Below the pieces are notes generated by a model. That model searched no databases. It was given only the letters and a program-made list of their open reading frames with translations, and was not told where the DNA came from. Of a stretch of DNA of 64,000 nt, positions 19,450-32,172 are shown piece after piece. The translations under genes were made by a program, and so were the position numbers. Each line of letters begins with the position of its first letter. Position 1 is the first letter of the stretch. Location of the stretch: NCBI GenBank assembly GCA_964634945.1, contig CAZWMG010000005.1, forward strand, positions 16,306 through 80,305, read 5' to 3'. Source of the stretch: an uncultured Planctomycetia bacterium (GTDB lineage: Bacteria; Omnitrophota; Gorgyraeia; JABMRG01).

Positions 19450-22400
19450 TTATTTTTTCTCTACACTCTCAACTTCCGGGCTATCCACCTTCTGCTTTTT
19501 CTTTTTCAGAGTGTCTGCTTTTTTTATAAGTTCAATGTTCCTGTTCTCCGGGAATCCTGTTCCGGCCGGGACAAGATGCCCCATAATCACATTCTCTTTT
19601 AATCCCAGGAGACTGTCAACCTTACCGCTTGACGCGGCTTCTGTAAGTATACGGGTTGTCTCCTGAAAACTAGCCGCGGATATAAAGCTCTCTGTACTTA
19701 ATGATGCCTTTGTTATTCCAAGAAGTATAGGCGTTGCTTTCGCGGGCTTCTTTTTTTTCTTTAAGGCCTTCTGGTTGCCTTCCTGAAAAATAACCCTATC
19801 AACATTAGAACCGACTAAAAAGTCTGTATCTCCCGGGTCATCTATTCTAACCTTCTTTAGCATCTGCCTGACTATAACCTCTATATGCTTATCATTTATT
19901 TTTACGCCCTGGAGACGATACACCTCCTGGACCTCATTTACCAGATACTCCTGAAGCGACTTATCACCCGAAACCTTTAAAATATCCTGTGGGACAACCG
20001 GTCCGTCTATCAGCTGCTGGCCGGCATAAACCCTGTCACCCTTGTAAACATTAAGATGTTTGCCATGCGGAATCAGGTATTCTTTTGTCATGTCTGTAGA
20101 GCTCTTTACGATTATCCTTCTCTGTCCCTTTTTCGACCCACCAAACTCGACAATACCATCTATCTCACTGATTATCGCGGGATCCTTTGGCTTACGTGCC
20201 TCGAATAACTCCGCTACTCTTGGTAGACCACCTGTAATATCTCTTGTCTTGGTAACAACGCGAGGCGTCTTCGCGAGAAGCTCGCCCGCCTTAACCTGGG
20301 AACCATTTTTAACCAAGATGTGAGCGCCTGCCGGTATAGGATATAACGCGGCCACTTCCTTCTTATCATTTTGTATAACAATCTGCGGGTGATACTCACC
20401 CTTATGTTCTATTATAACCGTATCGATAAGCTTGGTCTGAGGGTCCATCTCCTGGCGCATGGTGATACCTTCTTTTACATCCTCAAATCTGATAGTTCCT
20501 GCCATCTCCGTAAGTATCGGAGACATATAAGGATCCCATTTTACAAATATCGCGTCTTTCTTAACCGGCTTATTTTCTTTGACAGCGATGATAGCTCCAT
20601 GTGGAATCGGATAACGCTCGAATTCCCTACCGCTTTCATCATTTATAGATACCTGCCCATTGCGATTTAAGACTATAATCTCCTGGGTGCTGGTCTTTTC
20701 CACTGTTCGTAAATTGTGATATTTTACTATACCATCATTTTTAGATCTTATGAATGCCTGTTCAATAACCCTGCTTGCGGTACCACCTATATGGAAAGTC
20801 CTCATAGTGAGCTGTGTTCCCGGCTCACCTATGGATTGGGCCGCTACGATACCGATAGCCTCTCCCTTTTCTACAAGCCTGAAGGTCGCGAGGTTGCGTC
20901 CATAACATTTAACACATACGCCTTTCTTCGCTTCGCAAGTCAAAACACTTCTTATTCTTATGCGCTCTATGCCCGCTGTCTCTATGCACTCTGCCTTTTC
21001 TTCATCTATCTCATTGCCGGCTTCAACGATCAATTCATCTGTGATAATATCGACTATGTTATCGCATGCTACTCTTCCTATAATTCGTTCCTTGAGGCTA
21101 ACTACAACCTCATCACCTTCAATAATAGCACTGATTAGGATACCGTTTAATGTATTACAATCATCCTCATTTATAATTACATCCTGAGCAACATCAACAA
21201 GCCTTCTGGTCAGATAACCGGAATCCGCGGTCTTTAGCGCTGTATCCGCTAAACCTTTTCGCGCACCATGCGTTGATATGAAATACTCAAGTACTGTAAG
21301 GCCTTCGCGGAAGTTAGCGGTAATAGGATGTTCGATAATCTCTCCGGATGGCTTTGCCATAAGGCCTCTCATTCCAGCAAGCTGTCTTATCTGCTGCCTT
21401 GAACCACGAGCGCCTGAATCCGCCATCATATATATAGGGTTAAACTCCCCTAGATTGTCTATAACCTTCTCAGAAATAACATCCGTAACATGCGTCCATA
21501 TGTCTACAATCTTATTATAGCGCTCACGATCGGTAATAATGCCCTTCCTGTATTGAGCCTGGACATCATTTACCTGCTTTTGAGCGTCACTTATAATCTT
21601 CTTCTTCTCAGGCAAAAGCTTTAGATCATCAACTGATATCGAAAGCCCTGCTTTTGTTGCCCATTTGAAACCTAAGGTTTTTAAGTCATCTAAAAGCGTC
21701 ACAGCCCTGCTATGGCCAAACTGCTTATATGAAGTCGTTATTAAATCCGCTATTTTCTTCTTGTTGATAATGTCGTTAAAAAACGGTAGATTATCAGGCA
21801 GAACCTTATTCAGGATTATTCTACCCGGGGTTGTAACTATGATCTTATCATCTATCATTACCTTTATAAGCGCGTGTATATTCACCTGGCCATCATCATA
21901 AGCGGATATAACCTCGTCCATAGAGGCAAAGGTCATATTTTCTCCGAGCTTACCCTCACTCTCTTTGGTAATATAATGCAGCCCTATAACTATGTCCTGA
22001 GTTGGCGCGACTATCGGCTCACCACTGGATGGTGAAAATATATTATTCGATGCCATCATCAGTAGGCGTGTTTCCATCTGCGCCTCTATAGAAAGTGGTA
22101 CATGCACCGCCATCTGGTCACCATCAAAATCAGCGTTAAACGCTGAACATACAAGTGGGTGAATCCTGATCGCTTTTCCCTCAATCAAGACTGGCTGAAA
22201 TGCCTGTATGCCAAGCCTGTGCAAGGTTGGCGCTCTATTTAATAGTATCGGATGATCCTCTATAACTTCTTCAAGTATATCCCATACCTCTAACTTTGCT
22301 TTTTCCACCATTCTTTTGGCACTCTTAATAGTATGAACAAAACCACGTTCTTTTAACTTCTTTATGATAAAAGGCTCAAACAACTCTAGTGCCATCTTCT

Positions 22401-23478
22401 TAGGAAGTCCGCACTGATGCAGTTTAAGTTCAGGGCCTATAACAATAACAGACCTGCCCGAATAATCTACACGCTTTCCTAAGAGATTCTGCCTAAAACG
22501 CCCTTGCTTGCCCTTTAGCATATCGCTTAAAGACTTTAATGGGCGATTGCCTGTACCAAGTACCGGCCTGCCATGCCTGCCATTATCAAAAAGCGCGTCA
22601 ACCGCTTCCTGTAACATCCTTTTTTCATTTCTTATAATAACTTCTGGAGCTTTTAAGTCTATGAGCTTCTTTAAACGGTTATTCCTGTTGATCACTCGCC
22701 TATAGAGGTCATTTAGATCACTTGTAGCAAAGCGTCCGCCATCAAGAGGCACCAAAGGACGAAGATCCGGAGGTATGACAGGCACTATATCCATTATCAT
22801 CCACTCCGGGCTATTGTCGCTCTGTTTAAATTGCTCGACTATTTTGAGTATCTTTGCCAATCTCTTCTGGCTCTGCTCACCTTTTGAACTCTTAAAATCT
22901 TTTTTAGTCTTTGTTGACAGTTTCGCTAAGTCAACTTTTTTGAGGATCTCTTTGACCGCCTCAGCACCCATCATCGCCTTAAACCCATCTTTGTGCTCTT
23001 GGCTATACTGACGATACTTCTCGTCATTTAGAAGTTCTCTCTCTTTGAGTCCTGTTTCACCGGGATCGATTACAATATACTCTTCGTAGTAAAGAACTTT
23101 CTCAAGCTCTCTTAATGTTATGCCAAGGAGCGTTCCGATCCTTGAAGGCACCACCTTAAAGAACCAGATATGTGAGACAGGTGTAGCAAGCTCTATATGC
23201 CCCATTCTTTCACGTCTAACCTTTGACAGGGTCACCTCTACGCCACAACGATCACATATAATGCCTTTGTGTTTGATACGCTTGTATTTACCACAGCTGC
23301 ACTCCCAGTCTCTTACCGGGCCAAATATCCTCTCACAAAAGAGGCCGTCTTTCTCCGGGCGCAATGTACGATAATTTATGGTTTCGGGTTTCTTTACTTC
23401 ACCCTTAGACCATGATTTTATTACTTCCGGAGACGCTATGTTTATACTAACTGAATCAAATTTTACATCTGAACTCAT
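19450..23478 (-). CDS. rpoC: RNA polymerase subunit beta'
   Basis: NADFDGD catalytic motif, [22 protein letters not shown]. Confidence 0.99.
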   Translation of the reverse strand: MSSDVKFDSVSINIASPEVIKSWSKGEVKKPETINYRTLRPEKDGLFCERIFGPVRDWECSCGKYKRIKHKGIICDRCGVEVTLSKVRRERMGHIELATPVSHIWFFKVVPSRIGTLLGITLRELEKVLYYEEYIVIDPGETGLKERELLNDEKYRQYSQEHKDGFKAMMGAEAVKEILKKVDLAKLSTKTKKDFKSSKGEQSQKRLAKILKIVEQFKQSDNSPEWMIMDIVPVIPPDLRPLVPLDGGRFATSDLNDLYRRVINRNNRLKKLIDLKAPEVIIRNEKRMLQEAVDALFDNGRHGRPVLGTGNRPLKSLSDMLKGKQGRFRQNLLGKRVDYSGRSVIVIGPELKLHQCGLPKKMALELFEPFIIKKLKERGFVHTIKSAKRMVEKAKLEVWDILEEVIEDHPILLNRAPTLHRLGIQAFQPVLIEGKAIRIHPLVCSAFNADFDGDQMAVHVPLSIEAQMETRLLMMASNNIFSPSSGEPIVAPTQDIVIGLHYITKESEGKLGENMTFASMDEVISAYDDGQVNIHALIKVMIDDKIIVTTPGRIILNKVLPDNLPFFNDIINKKKIADLITTSYKQFGHSRAVTLLDDLKTLGFKWATKAGLSISVDDLKLLPEKKKIISDAQKQVNDVQAQYRKGIITDRERYNKIVDIWTHVTDVISEKVIDNLGEFNPIYMMADSGARGSRQQIRQLAGMRGLMAKPSGEIIEHPITANFREGLTVLEYFISTHGARKGLADTALKTADSGYLTRRLVDVAQDVIINEDDCNTLNGILISAIIEGDEVVVSLKERIIGRVACDNIVDIITDELIVEAGNEIDEEKAECIETAGIERIRIRSVLTCEAKKGVCVKCYGRNLATFRLVEKGEAIGIVAAQSIGEPGTQLTMRTFHIGGTASRVIEQAFIRSKNDGIVKYHNLRTVEKTSTQEIIVLNRNGQVSINDESGREFERYPIPHGAIIAVKENKPVKKDAIFVKWDPYMSPILTEMAGTIRFEDVKEGITMRQEMDPQTKLIDTVIIEHKGEYHPQIVIQNDKKEVAALYPIPAGAHILVKNGSQVKAGELLAKTPRVVTKTRDITGGLPRVAELFEARKPKDPAIISEIDGIVEFGGSKKGQRRIIVKSSTDMTKEYLIPHGKHLNVYKGDRVYAGQQLIDGPVVPQDILKVSGDKSLQEYLVNEVQEVYRLQGVKINDKHIEVIVRQMLKKVRIDDPGDTDFLVGSNVDRVIFQEGNQKALKKKKKPAKATPILLGITKASLSTESFISAASFQETTRILTEAASSGKVDSLLGLKENVIMGHLVPAGTGFPENRNIELIKKADTLKKKKQKVDSPEVESVEKK

Positions 23479-23501
23479 TTATCTCTCTCCGTATGCAACG
23501 G

Positions 23502-26500
23502 TTAACTATCTTTCTGTTCCTTTTTCTCTGTCTTGACATCAAGACCTAAACTCTGCAACTCTTTTACAAGAACATTAAATGATTCCGGCGTACCGGGCGG
23601 AAGAGCATTCTCGCCTTTGACTATAGACTCATACATCCGTGTTCTGCCCATAACATCGTCACTCTTTACAGTCAAAAGCTCCTGCAGGGTATACGCGGCA
23701 CCATATGCTTCCAAGGCCCATACTTCCATCTCACCGAAGCGCTGTCCGCCAAACTGCGCCTTACCTCCAAGCGGCTGTTGCGTAACTAAAGAGTAAGGGC
23801 CAATAGAGCGGGCGTGAATCTTGTCATCTACCAAATGCGCTAATTTCATCATATATATGTAGCCTACGGTTATCTGCTGTTCAAAAGGCTCACCAGTCAG
23901 GCCATCATATAATGTGACTTTACCTGTATCAGGGAGATCGGCCTTCTTCATCTGTACTCTTATCTCTTCCTCAGACGCGCCATCAAATACCGGCGAGGCT
24001 ATCTTGATGCCCAATAATTGCGCGGCCCAGCCAAGGTGGGTCTCAAGCAACTGCCCTACATTCATTCGGGAAGGAACGCCTAGAGGATTTAAAACTATCT
24101 CTACAGGTGTGCCATCAGGAAGGTATGGCATATCTTCTTCAGGTAATATCTTCGCGATAACCCCTTTGTTTCCGTGGCGTCCAGCTATCTTATCGCCTAC
24201 CGAGGCCTTCCGCTTACTGGCAACATTAACAACCACCTTCTTTAATACTCCGGGAGGAAGTTCATCGCCTCTCTTTATCTTATCTATCTCTCTATCTTCT
24301 TCGTAGATCAGGTCTTCTATCTGTTCTTCTAATATCTTTATGATCCTCTTTATCTCTTCTTCCAGCTCCGCTTCTTCAACAGAGAACTTTAAGCTAGCTA
24401 TATCACACTTTGGAAGTTTTTTTACATCTGATTTCTTTATGGTTTTTCCCGCGGCGATTACTATTGATCCGCTCTGCTCATCCAATAATGAGCTTGTAAT
24501 CTTCTTGCCAACAAGAAATTTTGTCAATTTGAGAATCTTGTCCTGCTCCAGTGTCTTTATCTGAGACCCATAATATTCTTTTACTTCGTCAATTTGAGCT
24601 ATCTCTTTAGTGAGCTCTTCTTTGCTCTTTGGTCTCTGTTGTTTTCTGGAAAATATCTTTACATCTATAACCACGCCTTCTACTCCCGGCGGAACTACAA
24701 GAGAGGCATCACGCACATCACCTGCTTTTTCACCGAAAATCGCGCGCAAAAGCTTTTCCTCAGGGGAGAGTTCAGTCTCGCTTTTTGGCATAACCTTGCC
24801 TACAAGTATATCACCGGGGCCTACCTCCGCGCCTACATGTATTATGCCTTCTTCATCAAGGTTCTTAAGCGCTTCTTCACTGATATTAGGTATATCCCTT
24901 GTTATATCCTCAGGCCCAAGCCTGGTATCTCTTGCCTCAATACCAAACTCTTCTATATGTATCGAGGTAAACATGTCGTCTTTTACAAGCTTTTGGCTTA
25001 TCAGGATAGCATCCTCAAAATTATAGCCTCTCCATGGCATAAACGCGACAAGCAGGTTATACCCTAACGCAAGCTCTCCATTATTTGTAGCAGCCCCATC
25101 CGCGATAACATCACCCGCCTTAACCTTCTGCCCAAGCTTGACTAAGGCCCTCTGGTTAACACATGTTGACGCGTTTGATCGCTGATATTTTTTTAATTTA
25201 TATGTTTTTTCGCCTACCTGTATCTCGTCGGACTGAATACTCTTTACTGCGCCGGAATTATTCGCTATTACCATAGCCCCTGAATCACGGGCCACTTTTG
25301 CCTCCATGCCGGTGCCGACTAATGGCTCCTGTGCCCTGAGCAAAGGTACTGCCTGGCGTTGCATGTTTGACCCCATCAATGCCCTGTTGGCATCATCATG
25401 CTCTAAGAATGGTATAATACTAGCTGCTACACTAACCAGCTGCGTTGGAGAAACATCAATATACTGGACCTGCTTAGGTCCTATTTTTGGAAAATCAGAT
25501 TTGTATCTACAAAATACCAGATCCTCTGTGAATCGGCCCTGTGCGTCAACTTTTGAGTTAGCCTGGGCAATATAATAATTATCTTCTACGTCAGCGGAAA
25601 GATATTCAACCTTCTTTGTCAATTTGCCATTTTCTACCTTTAGATAAGGGGTTTCTATGAAACCGAACTCATTTATCCGCGCATACGTGGAGAGCGAAGC
25701 GATAAGCCCTATGTTCGGGCCTTCAGGTGTCTCAATAGGACAAACTCTGCCATAATGCGAATAGTGTACATCTCTTACCTCAAATCCGGCTCTCTCCCTT
25801 GACAAACCTCCTGGCCCAAGAGCGGATACCCTTCTTTTGTGGGTCATCTCAGCTAGAGGGTTAGTCTGATCCATAAACTGAGAAAGCTGGCTTCTGCCAA
25901 AAAAGTCCTTTATGACACCGGAGACTAACTTTGAGTTAATAAGATTGTGCGGCATAATATTCTCGAGGTCGTATATTGACATCCTCTCTTTAACGGCACG
26001 CTCCAATCTTGTAAATCCTATTCTAAATTGATTGAGTAAAAGCTCCCCTATAGTACGAACTCTTCTATTGCCAAGGTGGTCTATATCATCAGTCTGGCCT
26101 TCTGTAAGCTTTAAATCCACTAATCTCTTAATGGTCCTTACAACAGTCTCGTTATCAAGAACTCTCTGCTCAAGAGGTACCTTTATGTCAAGTTTCCTGT
26201 TGAGCATATAGCGGCCAACCTTGCTCAAATCGTATCGTTTCTTATCAAAAAATAATGTGTCAAGAAGCGCCTTTGCGCTCTCTATTGTTGGGGGGTCACC
26301 TGGGCGCATCTTACGATAAATCTCTATTAGCGCGTCATCTGTGGACTTTGCGTGATCCTTTGCCATCGTATTTATTATGTCTTCAGAGGGTTCTTCTATA
26401 ATTTTTATGCTATCAACCTTGCCTGAAGCAATTTTCGCCGCTGACTCCTTAGTAATCTTTTCCCTTTGCTGCATTAATGTAAAACCGGTATCGTTATCAA

Positions 26501-27209
26501 CGACCTCTGAAACTACTATTGAACCTATATACTTATTTAAATTTGCAAGAGAAGGCTTTTCTATTTCTACTATATTGCTAAATATCTTTAATATATCCTC
26601 GTCCTGGGAAAATCCAAGCGCCCTTAAAAATACTGTGGAGAGAACCTTCTTGCGCCTGTCTATATAAGCGTGAAGATTGTCATACGCGTCAAATTCAAAT
26701 TCGAGCCACGCACCCCTGTAAGGTATTAACCGTGCGCTATAAATCTTCTTACCATTAGGATGTAGTTCTGATTCAAATGACACTCCCGGTGAGCGATGGA
26801 GCTGACTGACAACAACTCTTTCATCACCATTTATTATAAAAGTGCCAACAGGGGTCATAAGAGGAAGATCGCCGATATAAACCTCTTGCTCCTTCATGCA
26901 GTCTTGCATGCGCAAACGAACCTTAAGCTTTAGCGAAGCGGCATAAGTCATGCTTCTGACCTTGCACTCATCAATATCATACTTCGGTTTGGCCAGGGAA
27001 TAACTTACAAATTCAAGACGGCAGTTACCATCATAGCTCTCTATCGGAAAGATACTGGTAAATACTTCCTGCAGGCCATGGTCCTTGCGCTTTGTGCGAG
27101 GCACACCAACCTGAATAAAATCATTAAATGAATTTACCTGTACCTCTAACAGATTAGGTATCGGGTATGCATGCTTAACTTTAGAAAAGTTTTTTCTCTG
27201 CATTGTCAT
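23502..27209 (-). CDS. rpoB: RNA polymerase subunit beta
   Basis: [33 protein letters not shown]. Confidence 0.99.
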   Translation of the reverse strand: MTMQRKNFSKVKHAYPIPNLLEVQVNSFNDFIQVGVPRTKRKDHGLQEVFTSIFPIESYDGNCRLEFVSYSLAKPKYDIDECKVRSMTYAASLKLKVRLRMQDCMKEQEVYIGDLPLMTPVGTFIINGDERVVVSQLHRSPGVSFESELHPNGKKIYSARLIPYRGAWLEFEFDAYDNLHAYIDRRKKVLSTVFLRALGFSQDEDILKIFSNIVEIEKPSLANLNKYIGSIVVSEVVDNDTGFTLMQQREKITKESAAKIASGKVDSIKIIEEPSEDIINTMAKDHAKSTDDALIEIYRKMRPGDPPTIESAKALLDTLFFDKKRYDLSKVGRYMLNRKLDIKVPLEQRVLDNETVVRTIKRLVDLKLTEGQTDDIDHLGNRRVRTIGELLLNQFRIGFTRLERAVKERMSIYDLENIMPHNLINSKLVSGVIKDFFGRSQLSQFMDQTNPLAEMTHKRRVSALGPGGLSRERAGFEVRDVHYSHYGRVCPIETPEGPNIGLIASLSTYARINEFGFIETPYLKVENGKLTKKVEYLSADVEDNYYIAQANSKVDAQGRFTEDLVFCRYKSDFPKIGPKQVQYIDVSPTQLVSVAASIIPFLEHDDANRALMGSNMQRQAVPLLRAQEPLVGTGMEAKVARDSGAMVIANNSGAVKSIQSDEIQVGEKTYKLKKYQRSNASTCVNQRALVKLGQKVKAGDVIADGAATNNGELALGYNLLVAFMPWRGYNFEDAILISQKLVKDDMFTSIHIEEFGIEARDTRLGPEDITRDIPNISEEALKNLDEEGIIHVGAEVGPGDILVGKVMPKSETELSPEEKLLRAIFGEKAGDVRDASLVVPPGVEGVVIDVKIFSRKQQRPKSKEELTKEIAQIDEVKEYYGSQIKTLEQDKILKLTKFLVGKKITSSLLDEQSGSIVIAAGKTIKKSDVKKLPKCDIASLKFSVEEAELEEEIKRIIKILEEQIEDLIYEEDREIDKIKRGDELPPGVLKKVVVNVASKRKASVGDKIAGRHGNKGVIAKILPEEDMPYLPDGTPVEIVLNPLGVPSRMNVGQLLETHLGWAAQLLGIKIASPVFDGASEEEIRVQMKKADLPDTGKVTLYDGLTGEPFEQQITVGYIYMMKLAHLVDDKIHARSIGPYSLVTQQPLGGKAQFGGQRFGEMEVWALEAYGAAYTLQELLTVKSDDVMGRTRMYESIVKGENALPPGTPESFNVLVKELQSLGLDVKTEKKEQKDS

Positions 27210-27288
27210 GCTTATCCTATTTTGTTAACTCTCGTTATAGTTCGGATGCTTCTATCTTTTAAACTATTAAGCTAAAAAGAAGACCAAA

Positions 27289-27768
27289 CTATTTAAGCTC
27301 AATCTTTGCTCCGGTAGCTTCAACCTTCTTCTTTATCTCTTCTGCCTCTGCCTTAGGGATGCCTTCCTTAATAGCCTTTGGCGCGGCCTCTACCAAATCT
27401 TTTGCTTCTTTTAGGCCTAAGCTAGTTACAGCGCGTATCTCTTTTATGACCTGTATCTTATTGGCACCGATCTCAGTAAGCACTACATCAAATGCGGTCT
27501 TCTCTTCTTCCGCCGCGGCTGCTCCGCCGCCAGCTGCTCCGCCAGCTTGGGCAACCATCATTGGGGCCTGTGCTGAAACGTCAAATTTTTCTTCAAGCAC
27601 CTTAACAAGTGATGAGAGCTCTATGACCGACATATTCTCGATCTTTGATACAAACTCCTCTTGCTCTTTTGTCATGGTAAGTTTTGCGCCTTCTTTTTCT
27701 TTCTTGGGCTGTTCCTTTACATCGGCCTGAGCCGCTTTTGTCTCTTCCTGTTTCATTTCATCTGCCAT
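27289..27768 (-). CDS. rplL: 50S ribosomal protein L7/L12 with N-terminal extension
   Basis: [21 protein letters not shown]; AGGAGG before ATG 27768. Confidence 0.97.
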   Translation of the reverse strand: MADEMKQEETKAAQADVKEQPKKEKEGAKLTMTKEQEEFVSKIENMSVIELSSLVKVLEEKFDVSAQAPMMVAQAGGAAGGGAAAAEEEKTAFDVVLTEIGANKIQVIKEIRAVTSLGLKEAKDLVEAAPKAIKEGIPKAEAEEIKKKVEATGAKIELK

Positions 27769-27847
27769 TTGATTCCTCCTTGTATTGAATCGTTTTATCG
27801 TGAATCGTCAATCAGTAAAAAAATATAGGATAAATAGGCACTGCGGA

Positions 27848-28393
27848 CTAGTTATCCTCTTCCTTTTTTCTTATGATATCATTAATCGTATACAATAATT
27901 TCTTTATAACGCCTGAGCAGACCGAAACTAGCCCTACTACAGGTGAATTAATCGCCGCTAATAGACGTCCTATCAGTACCTCACGGCTTGGCATAGCCGC
28001 AAGTTCCTTAATCGTATCGACATTGATAACACCACCATCAACATAACCGCCTTTTACCTGAAAGCACTCATTTTTTTTCGCAAAATCAACCAACGCCTTG
28101 GAAGTCGCGACCGGATCACTGTTTGTATGTCCTATCGCGCATGAGCCATCGATTAAATCCACTAGGCTATCTAACTTTAGGCCCCTAAGAGCAGTCTTAC
28201 AAAGCGAATTATTTATAACAAGATAGCTACTTGATGCGACCTTAAGTTTCTTTCTTAACGCTTCAAGCTGCTTATTTGTAAGCCCTGTAAAATCTGTCAC
28301 AAATAGGGATGATGAATCCTTTAATCTTTCAGTGTACTCTTTTATAATGCGGGTCTTTAAAAATCTGCCTGGCTTAAGCTGTTTCTCCATCAT
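27848..28393 (-). CDS. rplJ: 50S ribosomal protein L10
   Basis: DFTGLT..LRKKL..NNSL..LAAMPSRE; between rplA and rplL. Confidence 0.94.
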   Translation of the reverse strand: MMEKQLKPGRFLKTRIIKEYTERLKDSSSLFVTDFTGLTNKQLEALRKKLKVASSSYLVINNSLCKTALRGLKLDSLVDLIDGSCAIGHTNSDPVATSKALVDFAKKNECFQVKGGYVDGGVINVDTIKELAAMPSREVLIGRLLAAINSPVVGLVSVCSGVIKKLLYTINDIIRKKEEDN

Positions 28394-28411
28394 AATCCTC
28401 TATATAGATAA

Positions 28412-29092
28412 TTAATATTTAGACGCGTCTAACCTGATACCCGGACCCATAGTTGTTGAGATCGAGATACCTCTTAGGAACTTACCCTTTACATGGGCTG
28501 GCCTTACATGAACAATAGCGTCAATCACAGTTTTCGTGTTTTCTACTATAGCCTCTGCCTCGAAAGAGAGCTTTGCTATAGTCATATTAATGCATCCAAG
28601 CTTGTCCATCTTAAATTCAACCTTACCAGCCCTGACTTCTTTTATAGCTTTCTCTACATCCATTGCTACTGTTCCTGCCTTCGGGCTTGGCATAAGACCT
28701 CTAGGGCCTAGTACCTTACCTAATTTACTTAAATCCTTCATCATCTCAGGCATGGCGATGACCGTATCAAACTCTAGATAACCACCAGCTACTTTTTCGA
28801 TCAGATCGTCTGCCCCAACAATATCCGCACCCGCTTCTTTTGCTTTTTGCGCATGTTCGCCTTTGCAAAAAACAGCCACCTTTATTGTTTTTCCTGTACC
28901 ATGCGGAAGAACTACCGAGCCTCTTATAGATTGTGATAATTCTTTTGCGGCTAGATTTAATTTTATAGCGAGATCAATGCTCTCATTAAATTTAGCGGTA
29001 GGCACACTCTTTAAAGTAGTAACTGCCTCGTTTAAATCATACAACTTTGATTTGTCTACTAATTTATTTGCTTCTGCAAGTCTTTTACTCAT
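28412..29092 (-). CDS. rplA: 50S ribosomal protein L1
   Basis: LPHGTGK..LGPRGLMPSPKAGTV..STTMGPG. Confidence 0.98.
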   Translation of the reverse strand: MSKRLAEANKLVDKSKLYDLNEAVTTLKSVPTAKFNESIDLAIKLNLAAKELSQSIRGSVVLPHGTGKTIKVAVFCKGEHAQKAKEAGADIVGADDLIEKVAGGYLEFDTVIAMPEMMKDLSKLGKVLGPRGLMPSPKAGTVAMDVEKAIKEVRAGKVEFKMDKLGCINMTIAKLSFEAEAIVENTKTVIDAIVHVRPAHVKGKFLRGISISTTMGPGIRLDASKY

Positions 29093-29095
29093 TTT

Positions 29096-29518
29096 TTATC
29101 CAATATCTATGCCCATACTGCGTGCTGTGCCTTCTACTATCTTAAGGGCCTGTTCTACATCATCTGTATTAAGGTCTTCCATCTTGACCTTCGCAATCTC
29201 GATTGCGTCCTCTCTTGAAACCTTGCCAACCTTTTCCTTGTTTGGAACTCCAGAGGCCTTTGCTATGTTCGCCGCTTTCTTAAGAAGCACTGAGCATGGT
29301 GGGCTCTTTATTATAAATGTGTATGTCCTATCCTCGTATACGCTGATTACCACAGGTAGTGTAAGCCCTTGTTTATCCTTGGTCTTTTCATTAAATGCTT
29401 TGCAGAATTCCATGATATTTAAGCCATGCTGACCAAGCGCAGGCCCTACAGGAGGAGCGGGGTTTGCTTGTCCTCCCGGACAATATAATTTTATCTGTGT
29501 CTTTACTTTTTTAGCCAT
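29096..29518 (-). CDS. rplK: 50S ribosomal protein L11
   Basis: [28 protein letters not shown]; start trimmed to ATG 29518. Confidence 0.97.
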   Translation of the reverse strand: MAKKVKTQIKLYCPGGQANPAPPVGPALGQHGLNIMEFCKAFNEKTKDKQGLTLPVVISVYEDRTYTFIIKSPPCSVLLKKAANIAKASGVPNKEKVGKVSREDAIEIAKVKMEDLNTDDVEQALKIVEGTARSMGIDIG

Positions 29519-29519
29519 C

Positions 29520-30050
29520 TTACAACCTCTCGACCTGCCAATATTCAAGCTCGACAGGGGTTGACCTGCCAAATATCATTACTGAGACTTTAAGCTTGCC
29601 TTTTGCAGGATTAAGATCTTCTATGTTACCGTTAAAATTCGTGAATGGGCCGTCTTTGACCCTTACGCTTTCGCCCTTGCTGAATGTCACCTTTGGCATG
29701 GGCTTTTCTTTCTTCTCTTCTGTCTGCTTTAGTATGCTTTTTACTTCTTCTTCCTGTAACGGTGTCGGCTTAGAACCTGAGCTGATAAAACCTGTAACCC
29801 CTGGGGTATTCTTAACAAGATACCAGCACTCATCGGTAAGTTCCATCTCAACAAGTACATACCCCGGAAAAAACTTTCTCTCTGATATCTTTTTCTTACC
29901 TGCTTTTACCTCTGAAACTACTTCTGTTGGTATTATAACCTGGGCAATTTTGTCCTGAATCTTGCTACGTTCAAGCCGGCCTAATAAATTAGCCTTTACT
30001 TTTTCTTCCTGACCTGTCAACGTATGTAGGACGTACCAAAGTTTACCCAT
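29520..30050 (-). CDS. nusG: Transcription termination/antitermination factor NusG
   Basis: [29 protein letters not shown]. Confidence 0.97.
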   Translation of the reverse strand: MGKLWYVLHTLTGQEEKVKANLLGRLERSKIQDKIAQVIIPTEVVSEVKAGKKKISERKFFPGYVLVEMELTDECWYLVKNTPGVTGFISSGSKPTPLQEEEVKSILKQTEEKKEKPMPKVTFSKGESVRVKDGPFTNFNGNIEDLNPAKGKLKVSVMIFGRSTPVELEYWQVERL

Positions 30051-30076
30051 ATAATTCACCAATCTATGCTATTAAA

Positions 30077-30262
30077 CTATTTTATAAGCAAATGTACAGC
30101 CTTTGAGAAAATAAAATCACATATACCGATATAAAAAGCCATGGCAGCTACGCTTATTATGACTATCGTTGTCGACCCTATCAACTCACTTCTGGTGGGC
30201 CATGACACCTTTTTGAGCTCAACTGTTACTTCACTTACAAAATTCTTAATCTTCGCGAACAT
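30077..30262 (-). CDS. secE: Preprotein translocase subunit SecE
   Basis: ELKKVSWPTR plus one TM helix; start trimmed to ATG 30262 so it does not overlap tRNA-Trp. Confidence 0.93.
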   Translation of the reverse strand: MFAKIKNFVSEVTVELKKVSWPTRSELIGSTTIVIISVAAMAFYIGICDFIFSKAVHLLIK

Positions 30263-30289
30263 CTTTTTATAATCTACCTTTCGAAACGA

Positions 30290-30367
30290 TGGCAGGCCTG
30301 GAGGGATTCGAACCCCCATCACGCGGCTTTGGAGACCACTGCTCTAGCCAATTAGAGCTACAGGCCT
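30290..30367 (-). tRNA. tRNA-Trp (CCA)
   Basis: Cloverleaf, anticodon loop CTCCAAA, T-loop GTTCGAATC, encoded 3' CCA; canonical position before secE. Confidence 0.95.
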
Positions 30368-30394
30368 TTAAAAATATATTGTCAAAAACGCGTT

Positions 30395-30427
30395 AAAAAC
30401 CTGCCAACTGCTGCTGGCAGGTTTTTT
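30395..30427 (-). terminator. Intrinsic terminator-like hairpin after rpmG (T/A runs on both sides)
   Basis: aaaaacctgcca-actgctgc-tggcaggtttttt. Confidence 0.6.
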
Positions 30428-30450
30428 ATTGATATTATAGATTTTATGTA

Positions 30451-30600
30451 CTATTTAACTTCTTTATGCGGCGTTCTACGATGGCAAAACTTACAGAACT
30501 TACTCATCTCCAGTTTTTCAGTTGTATTCTTCTTATTCTTAGTAGTAGAATACCATCTGTTTTTACATTCTGTACACGCTAGTAATATCTGTTCCCGCAT
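30451..30600 (-). CDS. rpmG: 50S ribosomal protein L33 (Zn-binding type; below the ORF-track cutoff)
   Basis: Manual translation [49 protein letters not shown]. Confidence 0.95.
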   Translation of the reverse strand: MREQILLACTECKNRWYSTTKNKKNTTEKLEMSKFCKFCHRRTPHKEVK

Positions 30601-30620
30601 TATGTTTTCCTTAGTGCTTG

Positions 30621-30721
30621 GATCCTTCAGATGCTCCTGTTAGTCGCATCCTCAGGATAAATTCGCCCTATACAATTTACGTCATTATGCTTTTATCAGC
30701 ATCCGTAAATTGTGGGCTCAT
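30621..30721. repeat. Double-hairpin palindromic element, copy 3, abutting the stop codon of the other tuf
   Basis: gatccttc-agatgc..gcatc-ctcaggataaattcgcc...ggctcat. Confidence 0.85.
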
Positions 30722-31924
30722 TTATTTAATTATCTCGCTTATAACACCGGCGCCTACTGTCCTGCCGCCTTCTCTGATAGCAAAACGAAGCTCTTTTTCC
30801 ATAGCTATAGGTGTTATCAATGTTATTTCCATAGTCACTTTATCGCCAGGCATTACCATCTCAACGCCCTCAGCGAGTTTTGCTATACCGGTTACATCTG
30901 TGGTTCTGAAATAGAACTGTGGGCGATATCCATTAAAGAAAGGCGTATGACGTCCGCCCTCTTCCTTAGTTAAGATATATACCTCTGCGTTAAACACTGT
31001 ATGAGGAGTAATAGAACCAGGCTTAGCAAGTACCATGCCGCGCTCTATATCCTTCTTATCTGTTCCCCTTAAGAGTATTCCTACGTTGTCTCCGGCCTGG
31101 CCTTCATCAAGAAGTTTCCTGAACATCTCCACACCCGTTACAACAGACTTCTGGGCCTCAGGGCGCATGCCGATTATCTCAATATTCTCACTTACCTTTA
31201 CGATACCTCGCTCTATTCTTCCTGTTGCTACGGTACCACGGCCGGTAATAGAAAAGACGTCTTCAACAGCCATAAGGAATGGCTTTTCAACGTCTCTTTT
31301 TGGGGTCGGTATATTCTCATCTACAGCCTTCATAAGCTCTGTTATAGATTTGCAGCTATCGCAATCTTCTTTACCGCAGCCGCACTCCATGGCCTTTAAG
31401 GCTGAACCTTTTATTATAGGTATCTTATCCCCTGGGAATTCATATTTAGAAAGAAGCTCTCTTATCTCAAGCTCTACTAGGTCAAGAAGCTCCGGGTCAT
31501 CAACCATATCTACTTTGTTCAGATAAACAACTACTGAAGGCACGTTTACCTGACGCGCTAAAAGGATATGCTCTCTTGTCTGAGGCATAGGTCCATCCGC
31601 CGCGGATACAACCAGGATAGCTCCATCCATCTGCGCGGCGCCTGTGATCATATTCTTGATATAATCAGCATGGCCCGGGCAGTCTACGTGGGCATAATGA
31701 CGGTTGTCTGTCTCATACTCAACGTGGGCTATAGCGATAGTTATACCACGCTCTTTCTCTTCAGGGGCCTTATCAATAGAATCAAATGAACGTACCTCAG
31801 CATGACCCTTCTTGCTCAAGCACATTGTGATAGCTGAAGTAAGAGTTGTCTTGCCATGATCTACGTGGCCTACGGTACCTATATTAAGATGCGGTTTTGT
31901 TCGTAAAAATTTTTCCTTTGCCAT
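30722..31924 (-). CDS. tuf: Elongation factor Tu (copy downstream of tRNA-Thr)
   Basis: Identical translation to 15076-16278. Confidence 0.99.
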   Translation of the reverse strand: MAKEKFLRTKPHLNIGTVGHVDHGKTTLTSAITMCLSKKGHAEVRSFDSIDKAPEEKERGITIAIAHVEYETDNRHYAHVDCPGHADYIKNMITGAAQMDGAILVVSAADGPMPQTREHILLARQVNVPSVVVYLNKVDMVDDPELLDLVELEIRELLSKYEFPGDKIPIIKGSALKAMECGCGKEDCDSCKSITELMKAVDENIPTPKRDVEKPFLMAVEDVFSITGRGTVATGRIERGIVKVSENIEIIGMRPEAQKSVVTGVEMFRKLLDEGQAGDNVGILLRGTDKKDIERGMVLAKPGSITPHTVFNAEVYILTKEEGGRHTPFFNGYRPQFYFRTTDVTGIAKLAEGVEMVMPGDKVTMEITLITPIAMEKELRFAIREGGRTVGAGVISEIIK

Positions 31925-31993
31925 TGTTACTCCTTTGTTTTACTAATGTATTTATATAATATTATATAAACAAAAAAATACACATAATTCTTC

Positions 31994-32069
31994 TGGAGCT
32001 GCTGACGGGAATCGAACCCGTGACCTCGTCCTTACCAAGGACGCACTCTACCAACTGAGCTACAGCAGC
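31994..32069 (-). tRNA. tRNA-Thr (GGT)
   Basis: 76 nt cloverleaf, CGTCC-TTGGTAA-GGACG, encoded CCA. Confidence 0.96.
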
Positions 32070-32126
32070 GGAAGAAAGCCATTGTAGCCTCTTACGCTGT
32101 TATTGTATTTAAGAAATGGAATGTTT

Positions 32127-32154
32127 ATTGTACCAAAAAAAACTTTTTTGTCAA
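32127..32154 (-). promoter_or_regulatory. Sigma70-type promoter for tRNA-Thr/tuf
   Basis: Minus strand TTGACA-N16-TACAAT with TG extended -10. Confidence 0.7.
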
Positions 32155-32172
32155 GCGTTTTTTTAAGTATTT

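Noticed and set aside
27786-27816. Weak AATCGT-type repeat between rplJ and rplL
   Set aside because: Only four irregularly spaced units and no clear complementary arm; possibly a decayed member, but not supportable.
28394-28411. L10 leader RNA upstream of rplJ
   Set aside because: The rplA-rplJ gap is only 18 nt, too short for the leader.
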